Assembly (NCBI GenBank): GCA_963828255.1
Contig: CAWHDZ010000038.1
Span: 37,207 to 101,206 of the forward strand
Direction: 5' to 3'
Source: an uncultured delta proteobacterium
GTDB taxonomy: Bacteria > Myxococcota > Myxococcia > Myxococcales > Anaeromyxobacteraceae
Length of the DNA stretch: 64,000 nt
Part shown: in pieces, positions 9,788 to 22,812 of the stretch
How the letters are laid out: every line of letters begins with the position of its first letter
Position numbering within the stretch: the stretch's first letter is position 1
The notes under the pieces: model-generated
Database searches by the model: none
Seen by the model: only the letters and a program-made list of their open reading frames with translations
Told to the model about the DNA's origin: nothing
Translations under genes and position numbers: made by a program

Positions 9788-11566
9788 ATGACCAACGACG
9801 TGACGCTCCAGATCGCGACCGCCAACGGTTCCGGGTCGCAGAGCTCCAATACCGTGCTCCTCCGGTCGCTGTTCCAGATGGGGATCCCGGTCTCGGGTAA
9901 GAATCTTTTTCCGTCGAACATCGCCGGCCTCCCCACCTGGTACACGATCCGTGCATCGCGGGACGGCTACGTGGCCCGCAAGAAGGAGGTGGACCTCCTC
10001 GTGGCCATGAACCCGGAGACGGCCCGGGAGGACGTGGCCGGGCTCCCCCCCGGCGCGACCGTGGTCTACGACGCCCCGCTGGCGCTCGCGGGCTCGCGCG
10101 CCGACCTGATCTTCTACCCGGTGGCCTTCGACCAGGTGGTCGAGCCCGTCACCGGGGAGGCCCGGCTCCGCAAGCTGCTGCGCAACATGGCCTACGTGGG
10201 GGTGGTGGCGCGCCTCCTCGACATCGAGATGGCCGAGGTCGAGGCCGCCATCGGCCGCGTCTTCGGCGAGAAGGCCAAGGCCCGCGCGCTCAACGTGGCC
10301 GCGGCGCGGGCAGGCTTCGCGCAGGCCGGGGCGCTGGAGCGGCGCCATCCGCACCGGGTGGCCCGCATGGACGCGACCCGCGGCAAGATCGTCGTGGACG
10401 GAAACGCCGCCTGCGCGCTGGGCGCCATGTTCGCCGGCGTCACGGTCGTCAGCTGGTACCCCATCACGCCGTCGTCGTCGCTGGTCGAGACGCTCGCCGG
10501 CTACCTGGCCAGGTATCGGCACGGACCGGACGGGAAGGCCACCTACGCGGTGGTGCAGGCCGAGGACGAGCTCGCCGCCATGGGCATGGTGCTGGGAGCG
10601 GGCTGGGCCGGTGCGCGGGCCATGACCTCCACGAGCGGCCCGGGCGTCTCGCTCATGTCCGAGCTGGCCGGCCTGGGCTACTACGCCGAGATCCCCGGCG
10701 TGATCTTCGACGTCCAGCGGGTCGGGCCCTCCACCGGGCTGCCCACCCGCACCGCACAGGGCGACGTCATCTCGACGGCGCTCCTCTCCCACGGCGACAC
10801 CCAGCAGATCCTGCTCCTGCCCGGCTCGGTGGAGGAGTGCTTCTCGCTCGCCGTGGAGGCCTTCGACGTGGCCGAACGCTACCAGACCCCGGTCTTCGTC
10901 CTCACCGACCTCGACCTGGGCATGAACAACTGGATGGCCGAACCGTTCGCGTACCCCGACCGGCCCATCGACCGCGGCAAGGTGCTCGACGAGAAGGACC
11001 TGGAGCGGCTGGGCGGCTTCGGCCGCTACCGGGACGTGGACGGGGACGCCATCGGGTGGCGGACGCTTCCAGGCACGAACCACCCCAGGGCGGCCTACTT
11101 CACCCGCGGTACGGGGCACGACGAGAACGCCGCCTACAGCGAGAAGTCGGACGTCTTCGCGGCCAACATGGACCGGCTCGCCCGGAAGTTCGCCCTGGCA
11201 CGCGAGGCCCTGCCGCAGCCGGTCCTGCGGGGCGCAGGGAGCGCCCGGGTCGGCGTCATCGCCTACGGCTCCTCCAATCCGGCCATCCGGGAGAGCCAGG
11301 ACCAGCTCCGGGCCGAGGCCGGCCTCGAGACCGACTACCTGCGGGTCCGGGCCTGGCCCTTCTCCCGGGCGGTCCGCGACTTCGTGGCCGCCCACGACCG
11401 GACCTACGTGGTGGAGCAGAACCGCGACGGCCAGCTCGCCGCCCTGCTCAAGCTCGACCTCCCCCCGGAGCAGGTGACCCGGATCCGCGGGGTCGCCCAC
11501 GTCACCGGGCTGCCGCTCGACGCACGCTCGGTCACCGACGAGATCCTCGCCAAGGAGAAGGTCTAG
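9788..11566 (+). CDS. korA: 2-oxoacid:ferredoxin oxidoreductase alpha subunit
   Basis: NGSGSQS, YPITPSS, QAEDELAA, TSGPG, QRVGPSTGLPT, VEQN. Confidence 0.9.
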   Translation: MTNDVTLQIATANGSGSQSSNTVLLRSLFQMGIPVSGKNLFPSNIAGLPTWYTIRASRDGYVARKKEVDLLVAMNPETAREDVAGLPPGATVVYDAPLALAGSRADLIFYPVAFDQVVEPVTGEARLRKLLRNMAYVGVVARLLDIEMAEVEAAIGRVFGEKAKARALNVAAARAGFAQAGALERRHPHRVARMDATRGKIVVDGNAACALGAMFAGVTVVSWYPITPSSSLVETLAGYLARYRHGPDGKATYAVVQAEDELAAMGMVLGAGWAGARAMTSTSGPGVSLMSELAGLGYYAEIPGVIFDVQRVGPSTGLPTRTAQGDVISTALLSHGDTQQILLLPGSVEECFSLAVEAFDVAERYQTPVFVLTDLDLGMNNWMAEPFAYPDRPIDRGKVLDEKDLERLGGFGRYRDVDGDAIGWRTLPGTNHPRAAYFTRGTGHDENAAYSEKSDVFAANMDRLARKFALAREALPQPVLRGAGSARVGVIAYGSSNPAIRESQDQLRAEAGLETDYLRVRAWPFSRAVRDFVAAHDRTYVVEQNRDGQLAALLKLDLPPEQVTRIRGVAHVTGLPLDARSVTDEILAKEKV

Positions 11567-12613
11567 ATGGCCGCTCCCGCCACCACCGCCGCCGCGCCCC
11601 GCCAGAACCGCATCGGTCTCACCGTGCTGGACTACCGCGGCGGCAAGACCACCCTCTGCGCCGGCTGCGGCCACAACGCCATCTCCGAGCGGATCCTCGA
11701 GGCCTGCTTCGACCTGGGCATCCCGCCCGAGCGGGTGGCCAAGTTCTCCGGGATCGGATGCAGCTCGAAGAGCCCCGCCTACTTCCTCTCCCGCAGCCAC
11801 GCCTTCAACTCCGTGCACGGGCGCATGCCGTCGGTGGCCACCGGCGCGCTCCTCGCCAACAAGCACCTGCTCGCGCTGGGCGTGTCGGGCGACGGGGACA
11901 CCGCGTCCATCGGCATCGGCCAGTTCGTGCACCTCGTGCGGCGCAACCTCCCCATGGTCTACGTGGTGGAGAACAACGGGGTCTACGGCCTCACCAAGGG
12001 GCAGTTCTCGGCCACCGCCGACATGGGCTCGGTGCTCAAGGGGGGCGCGGTGAACGACCTGCCCCCCATCGACACCTGCGCGCTGGCCATCCAGCTCGGC
12101 GCCACCTTCGTGGGGCGCAGCTTCTCGGGCGACAAGAAGCAGCTCTCCGCCATGTTGAAGGCCGCGCTGGTCCACCGGGGCACGGCGTTCCTCGACGTGC
12201 TCTCGCCCTGCGTCACCTTCAACGACCACGAGGGCTCGACCAAGAGCTACGCCTTCCTGAAGGAGCAGGTCGAGCCGCTGCAGGAGATCTCCTTCGTGCC
12301 CCACTTCGAGGACATCGCCGTGGAGTACGATCCCGGCACCACCGTCGCGGTGCGGATGCACGACGGGTCGAGCCTCCGGCTCAGGAAGCTCGAGGCCGAC
12401 TACGATCCCGGGAGCCGCTCCCGCGCAGTGGCCCGGCTCATGGAGTCGGCCGGGGAGGAGACCGTGCTCACCGGGGTGCTCTTCGCCGATCCCGACGCGC
12501 CCGACTTCCTCACCCGCCTCGGCACGGTGGACGCGCCGCTCGCGACCTTGCCGGAGGAGGCGGTGCGGCCGGGGCGGGGGGTGCTGGAGGAGATCAACGA
12601 CTCGCTGCGGTGA
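11567..12613 (+). CDS. korB: 2-oxoacid:ferredoxin oxidoreductase beta subunit
   Basis: CAGCG, SGIGCS, VHGR, GDGD..SIG TPP motif, NNGVYGLTKGQ, SPCVTFN. Confidence 0.9.
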   Translation: MAAPATTAAAPRQNRIGLTVLDYRGGKTTLCAGCGHNAISERILEACFDLGIPPERVAKFSGIGCSSKSPAYFLSRSHAFNSVHGRMPSVATGALLANKHLLALGVSGDGDTASIGIGQFVHLVRRNLPMVYVVENNGVYGLTKGQFSATADMGSVLKGGAVNDLPPIDTCALAIQLGATFVGRSFSGDKKQLSAMLKAALVHRGTAFLDVLSPCVTFNDHEGSTKSYAFLKEQVEPLQEISFVPHFEDIAVEYDPGTTVAVRMHDGSSLRLRKLEADYDPGSRSRAVARLMESAGEETVLTGVLFADPDAPDFLTRLGTVDAPLATLPEEAVRPGRGVLEEINDSLR

Positions 12614-12614
12614 G

Positions 12615-13529
12615 GTGGCCATGGGCCGACTGATTCTTGTCGCAGCCCTGACGTGTCTCGTCCTCTTCGCACTGCCGCCCGCGCGGTCCGTTGCCGATCC
12701 GGTCTCGCCCACGCCGGTCCGGCCGGTGGACCTCTCCCACGTCGTGGAGGGTTCTGGCCCGACACTGGTGATCGTCCACGGGGGATGGGGAGACCAGCGA
12801 AGCTTCTCCCACGCCGCCCCCATCCTCGCCCAGAGGAGCACGGTCGTCCGCGTCAGCCTCCGGCTCCACTGGCCCAACCCGTGGCCCGCCTCGGAGCGGG
12901 AAGCGATCGCGTCCTACCGGGCGCAGGTGCACGTCGCCGACCTGGTCGCCCTCGTCGAAAGGCTCGGACGAGGCCCGGTCGATCTGCTGGGCCATTCCTA
13001 CGGAGGCGCCGTAGCCGCGCTGCTGGCGCAGTCACGGCCGGACCTGATCCGGAAGCTCATCCTCGTCGAGCCTTCGCTCTACTCGCTCTGGCCGTCGTGC
13101 CCGGGCGGCCAGGAGTACGTGCAGGACCTGGCTGAGTGGAGGGCGGAGATGCGGGCGAAGATCGATGCGGGGCAGGATCCGATCGCGATCGTCCGGGCCA
13201 TGTACGACGACGATCGTCCGGGCACCTTCGACTCCTTCCCGGAGTGGCGCAGGCAGACCCTCATCGACAACGCGCGCACGACCGCGCCCCTCCTCGCGAA
13301 CAGCCTCCTCTCGGAGCCGTTCGGGTGCGCGGAGGCGAAGCAGATGAAGATGCCCGTGCTCATCGTGGAGGGGGAGAAGACGAGCCCGGGAATGCGCGCG
13401 ATCGACACGAAGCTCCTGGAGTGCATGCACGCCTCCCGCCGCGCCGTCCTGCCGGGCGTAGGCCACACCATCCAGTTCGGCGCACCCGAGGTGATGGCGG
13501 TCGTCGTGGCCGAATTCCTGGCGAGGTAG
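12615..13529 (+). CDS. secreted alpha/beta hydrolase
   Basis: Signal-peptide-like N-terminus, HG oxyanion loop, GHSYGG nucleophile elbow, GH near C-terminus. Confidence 0.85.
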   Translation: MAMGRLILVAALTCLVLFALPPARSVADPVSPTPVRPVDLSHVVEGSGPTLVIVHGGWGDQRSFSHAAPILAQRSTVVRVSLRLHWPNPWPASEREAIASYRAQVHVADLVALVERLGRGPVDLLGHSYGGAVAALLAQSRPDLIRKLILVEPSLYSLWPSCPGGQEYVQDLAEWRAEMRAKIDAGQDPIAIVRAMYDDDRPGTFDSFPEWRRQTLIDNARTTAPLLANSLLSEPFGCAEAKQMKMPVLIVEGEKTSPGMRAIDTKLLECMHASRRAVLPGVGHTIQFGAPEVMAVVVAEFLAR

Positions 13530-13783
13530 GAGCGTCCGCGCCGCGGACCATCGGCCAGATGGGGCGTGGGTGGAAAATGCGTCGAAAGTGCTTGACACCT
13601 TTCCAGACGATTTCACGTTCCGCGAACGGGTCGCGCGCGGAAGGGGTCTGCCGCCGCCGCATCTCGCCGTGCGGCGACGCGCCGTCTCCGGCGGGGGTTC
13701 GGAGATTTCCGCTCCGGAAGGCTCACCAGCGGCCATCTCCGTGCGTTTGGCGAGGGCGGAATTTCCCGTGCGAAGGTGGATCC

Positions 13784-14908
13784 ATGAACGCACGCGAATG
13801 GTCCCTCCGCATCGCCAATCTCGCCCGCCGCGAGCACTGCGCTCTCGTCGATCTCCTTCTCGCGCTCGCCGAGTTCGACCGGCTGGGCGTCCACCGGCAG
13901 CTCGGGTTCCCGAATCTATTCGAGTACCTGCTCCGGGAGGTCGGACTGTCCCGGGGCTCGGCCTTCTACCGACAGGTCGCGACCCGCCTTCTGCGAGACT
14001 TTCCGGAGATCGCGGAGCCACTGCGAGACGGAAGGCTTTGCATCTCGAACGTCCCCCAGCTCGCCAAGGTGATGACCAAGGGGAACCGGGGCTCGGTGAT
14101 GCAGAAGTTCTTCCACTGCTCGAAGCAGGAGGCGAAGCAGGTGGTGGCGGAGATGCTTCCGGCGGAGGTCGTGCCGAGGAGGACGGTCGTCACCGTGGGC
14201 CCGCTCCTGGCGCCAGCGAGCGTTCAACCGGTTGAACGCGATCTGACCTGCCCCAAGGGAGCAAGCCCCGTCCCCGAGGTGCGGCGGACCCTGGTCGAGC
14301 CGCTCACCCGGCACGAGACCCGGATGCACGTCACGGTGTCCCCGGCCTTCATGGCATTGCTGAAGAAGGCGAGGGCAGGCCAGTCGCACGTCAAGCCTGG
14401 CGCGACGGACGAGCAGGTGCTCACCGCGGCGCTGAACCTGCTCATCGAGGAGCAGGGGAAGCGGCGAGCCAGCGTTCCGCCCAAGGTGAAGAGGGAGGTC
14501 GTGAAGCGGGATCAGGGGAAGTGCCAATGGCCGGTGGTCTCGGGCGGGGTTTGTGGGTCGGAGGTGCGGCTGGAGGTGGACCACGTGGTGCCGCGGGGGA
14601 GGGGAGGACCGTCCACGGTGGAGAACTGCAGGATCCTTTGCAAGGCGCACAACCTGGAAGCGGCGCGGGGCGTTTACGGGGAGGAAGTGATGGATCGGTA
14701 CGCGAGGAACCCGGTCGTGCGGGAGGATTGCGCCGACTACTTCGTAGCCGGCGCCGCTACAGCTTCACCTCGTCCACGAACAGGATCTCGTCCTTGCGCG
14801 CGCGGATCCGCTCCAGCAGCTCGGGAGGCGGCGCATCGTCGAGGTCGATGGAGCAGGAGGCAGCCTGCGCCTCCTCGAACACGGTGTTCTGCACCTCCTC
14901 CACGTTGA
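13784..14908 (+). CDS. HNH endonuclease with helical N-terminal region
   Basis: ATG 13784; RDQGKCQW...C...LEVDHVVPRGRGG...NCRILCKAHN; codon usage looks less GC3-biased than neighbours; 3' end overlaps the convergent gene. Confidence 0.85.
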   Translation: MNAREWSLRIANLARREHCALVDLLLALAEFDRLGVHRQLGFPNLFEYLLREVGLSRGSAFYRQVATRLLRDFPEIAEPLRDGRLCISNVPQLAKVMTKGNRGSVMQKFFHCSKQEAKQVVAEMLPAEVVPRRTVVTVGPLLAPASVQPVERDLTCPKGASPVPEVRRTLVEPLTRHETRMHVTVSPAFMALLKKARAGQSHVKPGATDEQVLTAALNLLIEEQGKRRASVPPKVKREVVKRDQGKCQWPVVSGGVCGSEVRLEVDHVVPRGRGGPSTVENCRILCKAHNLEAARGVYGEEVMDRYARNPVVREDCADYFVAGAATASPRPRTGSRPCARGSAPAAREAAHRRGRWSRRQPAPPRTRCSAPPPR

Positions 14909-15956
14909 TCCCCGCCTCGCGGACCAGCCCGAGCACGTTGGCCAGCACCCCCACCTTGTCGAAGTGGCGGATCACCAGGCGCGCCTTCGCCGGCGTCTTC
15001 CCTGCCACGTTCACGCAGTGGGGGACCCGCCCGGTCCGCAGGAACGACCCGACGATGCGCACGGCCTCCCGGGCGATGGCGTCCTGCGCCTGGGCGGTGG
15101 ACGCGCCGATGTGGTGGGTGCCGTAGACGTTGGGGAGCTTGCCGAGCGGGCTGTCGAAGTCGGCCTGGCCCTTCTCCGGCTCGCCGGCGAAGACGTCGGT
15201 CCCCACCCGGATCCGCCCGGCCCGCGCCAGCTCCAGCAGGGCGTCCTGGTCCACCACCTCGGCCCGGGCCGTGTTGATGAAGACGGCGCCGGGCCGGAGC
15301 GCCTCGAGCACCGCCCGGGAGACGATCCCCCGCGTCTCCTTCGAGAGCGGCAGGTGTACGGAGAGTGCGTCGCAGCGGGCCGCCAAGGACAGGAGGTCCC
15401 CGGCCCGCTCCACGCCCAGCGCCTTCGCCCCCGTGTCGTCGAGGTCCTTCGACCAGACCAGCACGTTCATGCCGAAGGCCCGGCCGCGCTTCACGACCTC
15501 GCGTCCGATGGCCCCCGCGCCGGCCACGCCCAGGGTGCGACCGTAGAGCCCCTCGGCCTCGGAGAAGGACTTCTTGTCCCACTTGCCGGCGCGGAGCATC
15601 GCCACGTTGTCCGGGATGCGCCGGTCGAGCGCCACGAGCAGCCCCATGGCCAGCTCGGCCACGGCGATGGAGTTCTGCCCCGGGCAGTTGGCGACGTACA
15701 CCCCCCGCCGCGACGCCGCCCCCACGTCGATGGTGTTCACGCCCGCCCCGGCCCGGACCACCAGCGAGAGGGCAGGGGCCGCGCCGAAGACGTCGGCCGT
15801 CACCTTCTTGCCCCGGACGACGAGGATGCGGGCCGGCCGCGCGGCGGCGGGCAGGTCCGCGACGGAGACGGACGGCTGGTGGTCCACCGTGAGCCCCAGG
15901 GCCCGAAAATCGTCCAGCCGCTCCTTCGGGAACGCGTCGGCGACGAGGATGCGCAT
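14757..15956 (-). CDS. serA: D-2-hydroxyacid/phosphoglycerate dehydrogenase with C-terminal ACT domain
   Basis: RAGAGVNTID, N..AVAE, GAGAIG, INTARAE, DVF..EP, HIGAST, ACT (HFDKVGVLA). Confidence 0.85.
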   Translation of the reverse strand: MRILVADAFPKERLDDFRALGLTVDHQPSVSVADLPAAARPARILVVRGKKVTADVFGAAPALSLVVRAGAGVNTIDVGAASRRGVYVANCPGQNSIAVAELAMGLLVALDRRIPDNVAMLRAGKWDKKSFSEAEGLYGRTLGVAGAGAIGREVVKRGRAFGMNVLVWSKDLDDTGAKALGVERAGDLLSLAARCDALSVHLPLSKETRGIVSRAVLEALRPGAVFINTARAEVVDQDALLELARAGRIRVGTDVFAGEPEKGQADFDSPLGKLPNVYGTHHIGASTAQAQDAIAREAVRIVGSFLRTGRVPHCVNVAGKTPAKARLVIRHFDKVGVLANVLGLVREAGINVEEVQNTVFEEAQAASCSIDLDDAPPPELLERIRARKDEILFVDEVKL

Positions 15957-16095
15957 GCCGCCCCGGTAACACGGCTCCAGGGAGCACGGAAGCGGCGAAG
16001 GGGGGCGTCGATGACGCGCGGCGTCGCGCCTTGCTCGTGGACCGCGCCAGCCCCGATCGGTATCCTGATCAACCCTCCTCCGTGCGCCGAACCCC

Positions 16096-17618
<1,523 letters not shown>

Positions 17619-17622
<4 letters not shown>

Positions 17623-18137
17623 CCGCCACCACCTACGTGGCCCTCCTCGACGGAGGGAAGCGCGAGGAGACCCTCCGGGTCGAGCGCGTGGCGCCCGGCG
17701 TCTACGAGGTGACCCTGCGCGGCGCAACCCACAGGGTGGATGCCTACCACCACGATCATGGGACCATCTCCCTGCTCGTGGACGCCGAGAGCTACTCGGT
17801 GCAGCTCGACGAGCGGTGGAACGGGATGCGCGTGCACCTGCGCGACTCGGTCTTCCCCCTCGAGATCCTCGACGAGCGGCGGGCGCGCATGCGCCGGGCG
17901 CCGGGAAGGCTCACGGCCGACGGCCTCCTGGCCCTCACGTCGCGCCTGCCTGGCAAGGTGGTGGGCATCCTGCGCGGCCCGGGCGAGGCGGTCCGGGAGG
18001 GCGAGGGCGTGCTCGTGGTCGAGGCGATGGGGATGGAGAACGAGATCCGAAGCCCCAAGGATGGCAAGGTGGTGGAGATCGCCGTCGGAGCAGGGCAGTC
18101 GATCGAGGGCGGTACGGTGCTGGCGACGGTGGACTAA
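17619..18137 (+). CDS. biotin carboxyl carrier-like protein lacking the biotinylated Lys (EAMGMENE)
   Basis: GTG overlapping accC stop; PGKVV...[24 protein letters not shown] biotinyl-domain pattern. Confidence 0.85.
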
Positions 18138-18178
18138 CAGCAAGGCGGACGACGTCCGCCGCGCAGGAGACGGAACCG

Positions 18179-19978
<1,800 letters not shown>

Positions 19979-19984
19979 CCACGG

Positions 19985-21631
19985 GTGAGCGGGGAAACGA
20001 AGAGTCCAGGGGCGAGCCACGGGCTCGAGACGCCGGAGGTGACGGTGGCCTCCGCCATCGCCGCCGGGCTGCCGGTCCAGGGTTACCTTCAGGAGAGGAG
20101 CGCGCTCCACCTGCACGGCCTGGCCGCGGCCACGCAGGCCTCGGGTCGCCTCGTGCTCGAGTCCGCCGGGATCTCCTGGGCGCTCATCTACCGGCGCGGC
20201 GTGGTCGAGCACGCCACCGGCAGCCGGGAGCAGGACGACCTGGCCTCCTTCCTGGTCCAGCGGGGCCTGGTCGCAGCGGAGGCGGCCGCCGACGCCCGGC
20301 AGATCGCGGCGGGTTTCGGCGGCGACGTGCTGGGGGCCCTCATCGACCTGCGGCTCCTCGATCCCGCAGCCCACTTCCAGGACCTGAAGGAGCACGGGGC
20401 CGGGCTGGTGTACGGCGCGCTCGCCAGCAGCGAGGGCGCTTGGCGGTGGGAGCCGGGCGTGGCGCCGCCGCCCTACGGATTCCCCATCGGGAGCCGGTGG
20501 GGGCTGCTCGTCGATGCCGTGCGCCGGATCGATCCCTCGGCGGTGCGCAGCCGCCTCGGTGTGCGGGGGGCGCTCTCGGTGGCCCGGGTGGGCGGTCGCG
20601 TCGAGGTGGCCGACCTCATGCTGAACCCCCAGGAGGCGCGCGCCGTCGCCCGCATCGACGGGGTCCAGAGCGTCGACGAGCTTTGCGCCACCCACCCCGC
20701 CGACGCCGAGCCGCTGCGCCGCGTGGCCCTCCTCCTCGCCGAGGCCGAGCTCGTGACCTTCGGCGCTCCGCGCATGGGGACCGCTCCCCGGGCTCCGGCC
20801 CCCGCGCGCCCTTCCCCGGCTCCCGGCCCGGCAGCCGCGCCGCCAGTTGCGCAGGCGACCCCGGCTGCCGCCGCAGTCGCGAAGCCGGCCCCGAAGCCAG
20901 CCACGAAGCCGGCCACGGCGTCAGGGCATCCGGCCCCAGCGACCGCCCGGCCGGCCGGTCCAACCCTCGAGGCGCTCCAGGCCGCCGCGGGGAAGCTCGA
21001 GGGGGCCGATCACTTCCAGGTCCTGGGAGTGGGGCGGGACGGCGACGCCTCGCGTCTCAAGGCCGCCTACTTCCACCTCGCCCGGACCTACCACCCCGAC
21101 GCCGCCCGCGACGGGGAGCCACCGGAGGCGCGGGCGCTGCGCGCCCAGATCTTCGCCCGGGTGGCGGCGGCCTGGGCCGCCCTCGAGACCGACGCCGGGC
21201 GGCAGGCCTACCTCGAGGAGCTCAAGGCCGGCGGTACCGCCCAGATCGACATCGGGCGCATCTACCAGGCGGAGCAGGCCTTCGAGAAGGTGGTGGGGCT
21301 CGCGGCCGGCAGGTCCTACCTCGAGGCGCTCGCCAAGGTGAACGACGCAATCGCCCTCTACGCGGACGAGCCCGAGTACCACGTCTGGAAGGCCTGGCTC
21401 GAGTTCCTGATCGCTCCCGAGCCGCAGCGCAAGGCGCAGCGCATCGGGGCGGAGAAGACCATCGAGGCGTCCCTGCAGAGGAGCCCCAAGTGCGTGGCGG
21501 GCTGGCTCTTCCTCGGCCGCATGGCCAAGATCACCGGTGACTTCGGCGCCGCCGAGCGCGCCTGGAAGCGCGGCCTGGACCAGGTGAAGGATACCGAGCT
21601 GGAGCGCGAGCTCCGGTTCCTCAAGAGGTGA
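19985..21631 (+). CDS. J-domain (DnaJ-like) protein with DUF4388-like N-terminus and TPR-like C-terminus
   Basis: HFQVLGV...LKAAYFHLARTYHPD J-domain; Pro/Ala linker; helical TPR-like end. Confidence 0.8.
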   Translation: MSGETKSPGASHGLETPEVTVASAIAAGLPVQGYLQERSALHLHGLAAATQASGRLVLESAGISWALIYRRGVVEHATGSREQDDLASFLVQRGLVAAEAAADARQIAAGFGGDVLGALIDLRLLDPAAHFQDLKEHGAGLVYGALASSEGAWRWEPGVAPPPYGFPIGSRWGLLVDAVRRIDPSAVRSRLGVRGALSVARVGGRVEVADLMLNPQEARAVARIDGVQSVDELCATHPADAEPLRRVALLLAEAELVTFGAPRMGTAPRAPAPARPSPAPGPAAAPPVAQATPAAAAVAKPAPKPATKPATASGHPAPATARPAGPTLEALQAAAGKLEGADHFQVLGVGRDGDASRLKAAYFHLARTYHPDAARDGEPPEARALRAQIFARVAAAWAALETDAGRQAYLEELKAGGTAQIDIGRIYQAEQAFEKVVGLAAGRSYLEALAKVNDAIALYADEPEYHVWKAWLEFLIAPEPQRKAQRIGAEKTIEASLQRSPKCVAGWLFLGRMAKITGDFGAAERAWKRGLDQVKDTELERELRFLKR

Positions 21632-22347
21632 ACGTGTCCGATGCGACGAGTCCCAAGAAGCGATCCCTCATGCCGTCCTCACCGCTGCGCCGCACCCTTC
21701 GCGCGGCCGGCCACCACCTCGCGCCGGTGGTCCAGGTCGGCAAGGAGGGGGTGACCGAGGCGCTGCTCCGCCAGCTCGACCGGGCACTCCTCGATCACGA
21801 GCTCGTCAAGGTGAAGGCGGGGACAGAGACGCCGGAGGACCGGTTCGGGACCGCCGACGCACTCCTCGCCGGGGCGGCCGGCGCCCAGCTCGCCCAGATC
21901 CTCGGGCGGACGCTGCTCGTCTACCGGCGACACCCGGAGAAGCCTCGGTTCGAGCCACTCCCCGCCTCCCGGACGCCCCGTCCCGCCGCTCCCGCACGCA
22001 AGAAGGCCCGGCCCGAGCCGCCGGCGCGCAGCACCCGGGCCGAGCGAACCGGACGATTCGAACGCGCTGCGCGTCCGGAGAGGCGAGAGCGGTCCGGCCG
22101 TCCGGAACGCACGGGTCGTCCGGAACGCACCGGCCGTCCCGACCGCACCGGTCGGCCAGAACGCACGGGCCGCCCAGAACGCACGGGCCGCCCCGAACGC
22201 ACCGGTCGGCCAGAACGCGGGAGCCGCACCGGCCGCCCGGAACGCCCCGGCCGTCCCGAACGCACCGGTCGCCCGGAACGCAGCAGCCGCACTGGTCGCC
22301 CCGACCGCGGCAGCCGCACCGGCCGGCCTCCTCCCCGCCGCCGGTAG
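21628..22347 (+). CDS. yhbY: YhbY/CRM-domain RNA-binding protein with Arg-rich repeat tail
   Basis: LRAAGHHLAPVVQVGKEG, HELVKVK, QILGRTLLVYR; tail of RTGRPE units. Confidence 0.85.
   Translation: MNVSDATSPKKRSLMPSSPLRRTLRAAGHHLAPVVQVGKEGVTEALLRQLDRALLDHELVKVKAGTETPEDRFGTADALLAGAAGAQLAQILGRTLLVYRRHPEKPRFEPLPASRTPRPAAPARKKARPEPPARSTRAERTGRFERAARPERRERSGRPERTGRPERTGRPDRTGRPERTGRPERTGRPERTGRPERGSRTGRPERPGRPERTGRPERSSRTGRPDRGSRTGRPPPRRR
22041..22330 (+). repeat. coding tandem repeat, 18-bp unit encoding (R-T-G-R-P-E/D)n
   Basis: About a dozen imperfect units with synonymous codon variation. Confidence 0.9.
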
Positions 22348-22404
22348 GCGGCCTCCCCGTCACCAGGCGAAGCAGTCCGTCGCGGCCGGAATGCTTCGCC
22401 GTCG

Positions 22405-22722
22405 TCAGTGCAGGCTGCCGTCCCGGTCCCGGTCGTACCGCGGCGATGCGTTCTGCTCGAAGTACCGGCGCGCCTCCTCGAGGTCCTCCTCGTCGGCGAC
22501 GCCCTTCTCGAGCAGCACGGTCTCGGCCGCGTCGATGCGCAGCGCGCTCCGCGTGGCCTCGGTCTCCACCACCTCGAGCCGCGCGGCCATGCCGCGCACC
22601 TGCTCGGCCATCCCCGCCGCCTCGGCGTCGCGCAGGCGAAAGGTGCGCAGCGCCACGACCGCCAGGGTCACCGGAACCGCGAAGAGGACGCCGAGCGCGA
22701 AGGGGAGCATGGAGAAGTTCAT
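22405..22722 (-). CDS. hypothetical membrane-anchored coiled-coil protein
   Basis: ATG 22722 after GGAGG; N-terminal TM then helical region. Confidence 0.65.
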   Translation of the reverse strand: MNFSMLPFALGVLFAVPVTLAVVALRTFRLRDAEAAGMAEQVRGMAARLEVVETEATRSALRIDAAETVLLEKGVADEEDLEEARRYFEQNASPRYDRDRDGSLH

Positions 22723-22812
22723 CCTACGGCCATCCTCCCGGGCCCCACAAGCACCATGGAGGGAGGACGCGACGCCCTTGTCGGGACGGGCCCGGAGAGA
22801 TATCGATGTCGG

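Noticed and set aside
13784..14908. IscB/Cas9-like nuclease
   Set aside because: No PLMP or split RuvC motifs; only a C-terminal HNH.
22366..22402. Hairpin GGCGAAGCA...TGCTTCGCC as another copy of the repeat family
   Set aside because: Lacks the shared core motifs; more likely a simple terminator-like stem between convergent genes.
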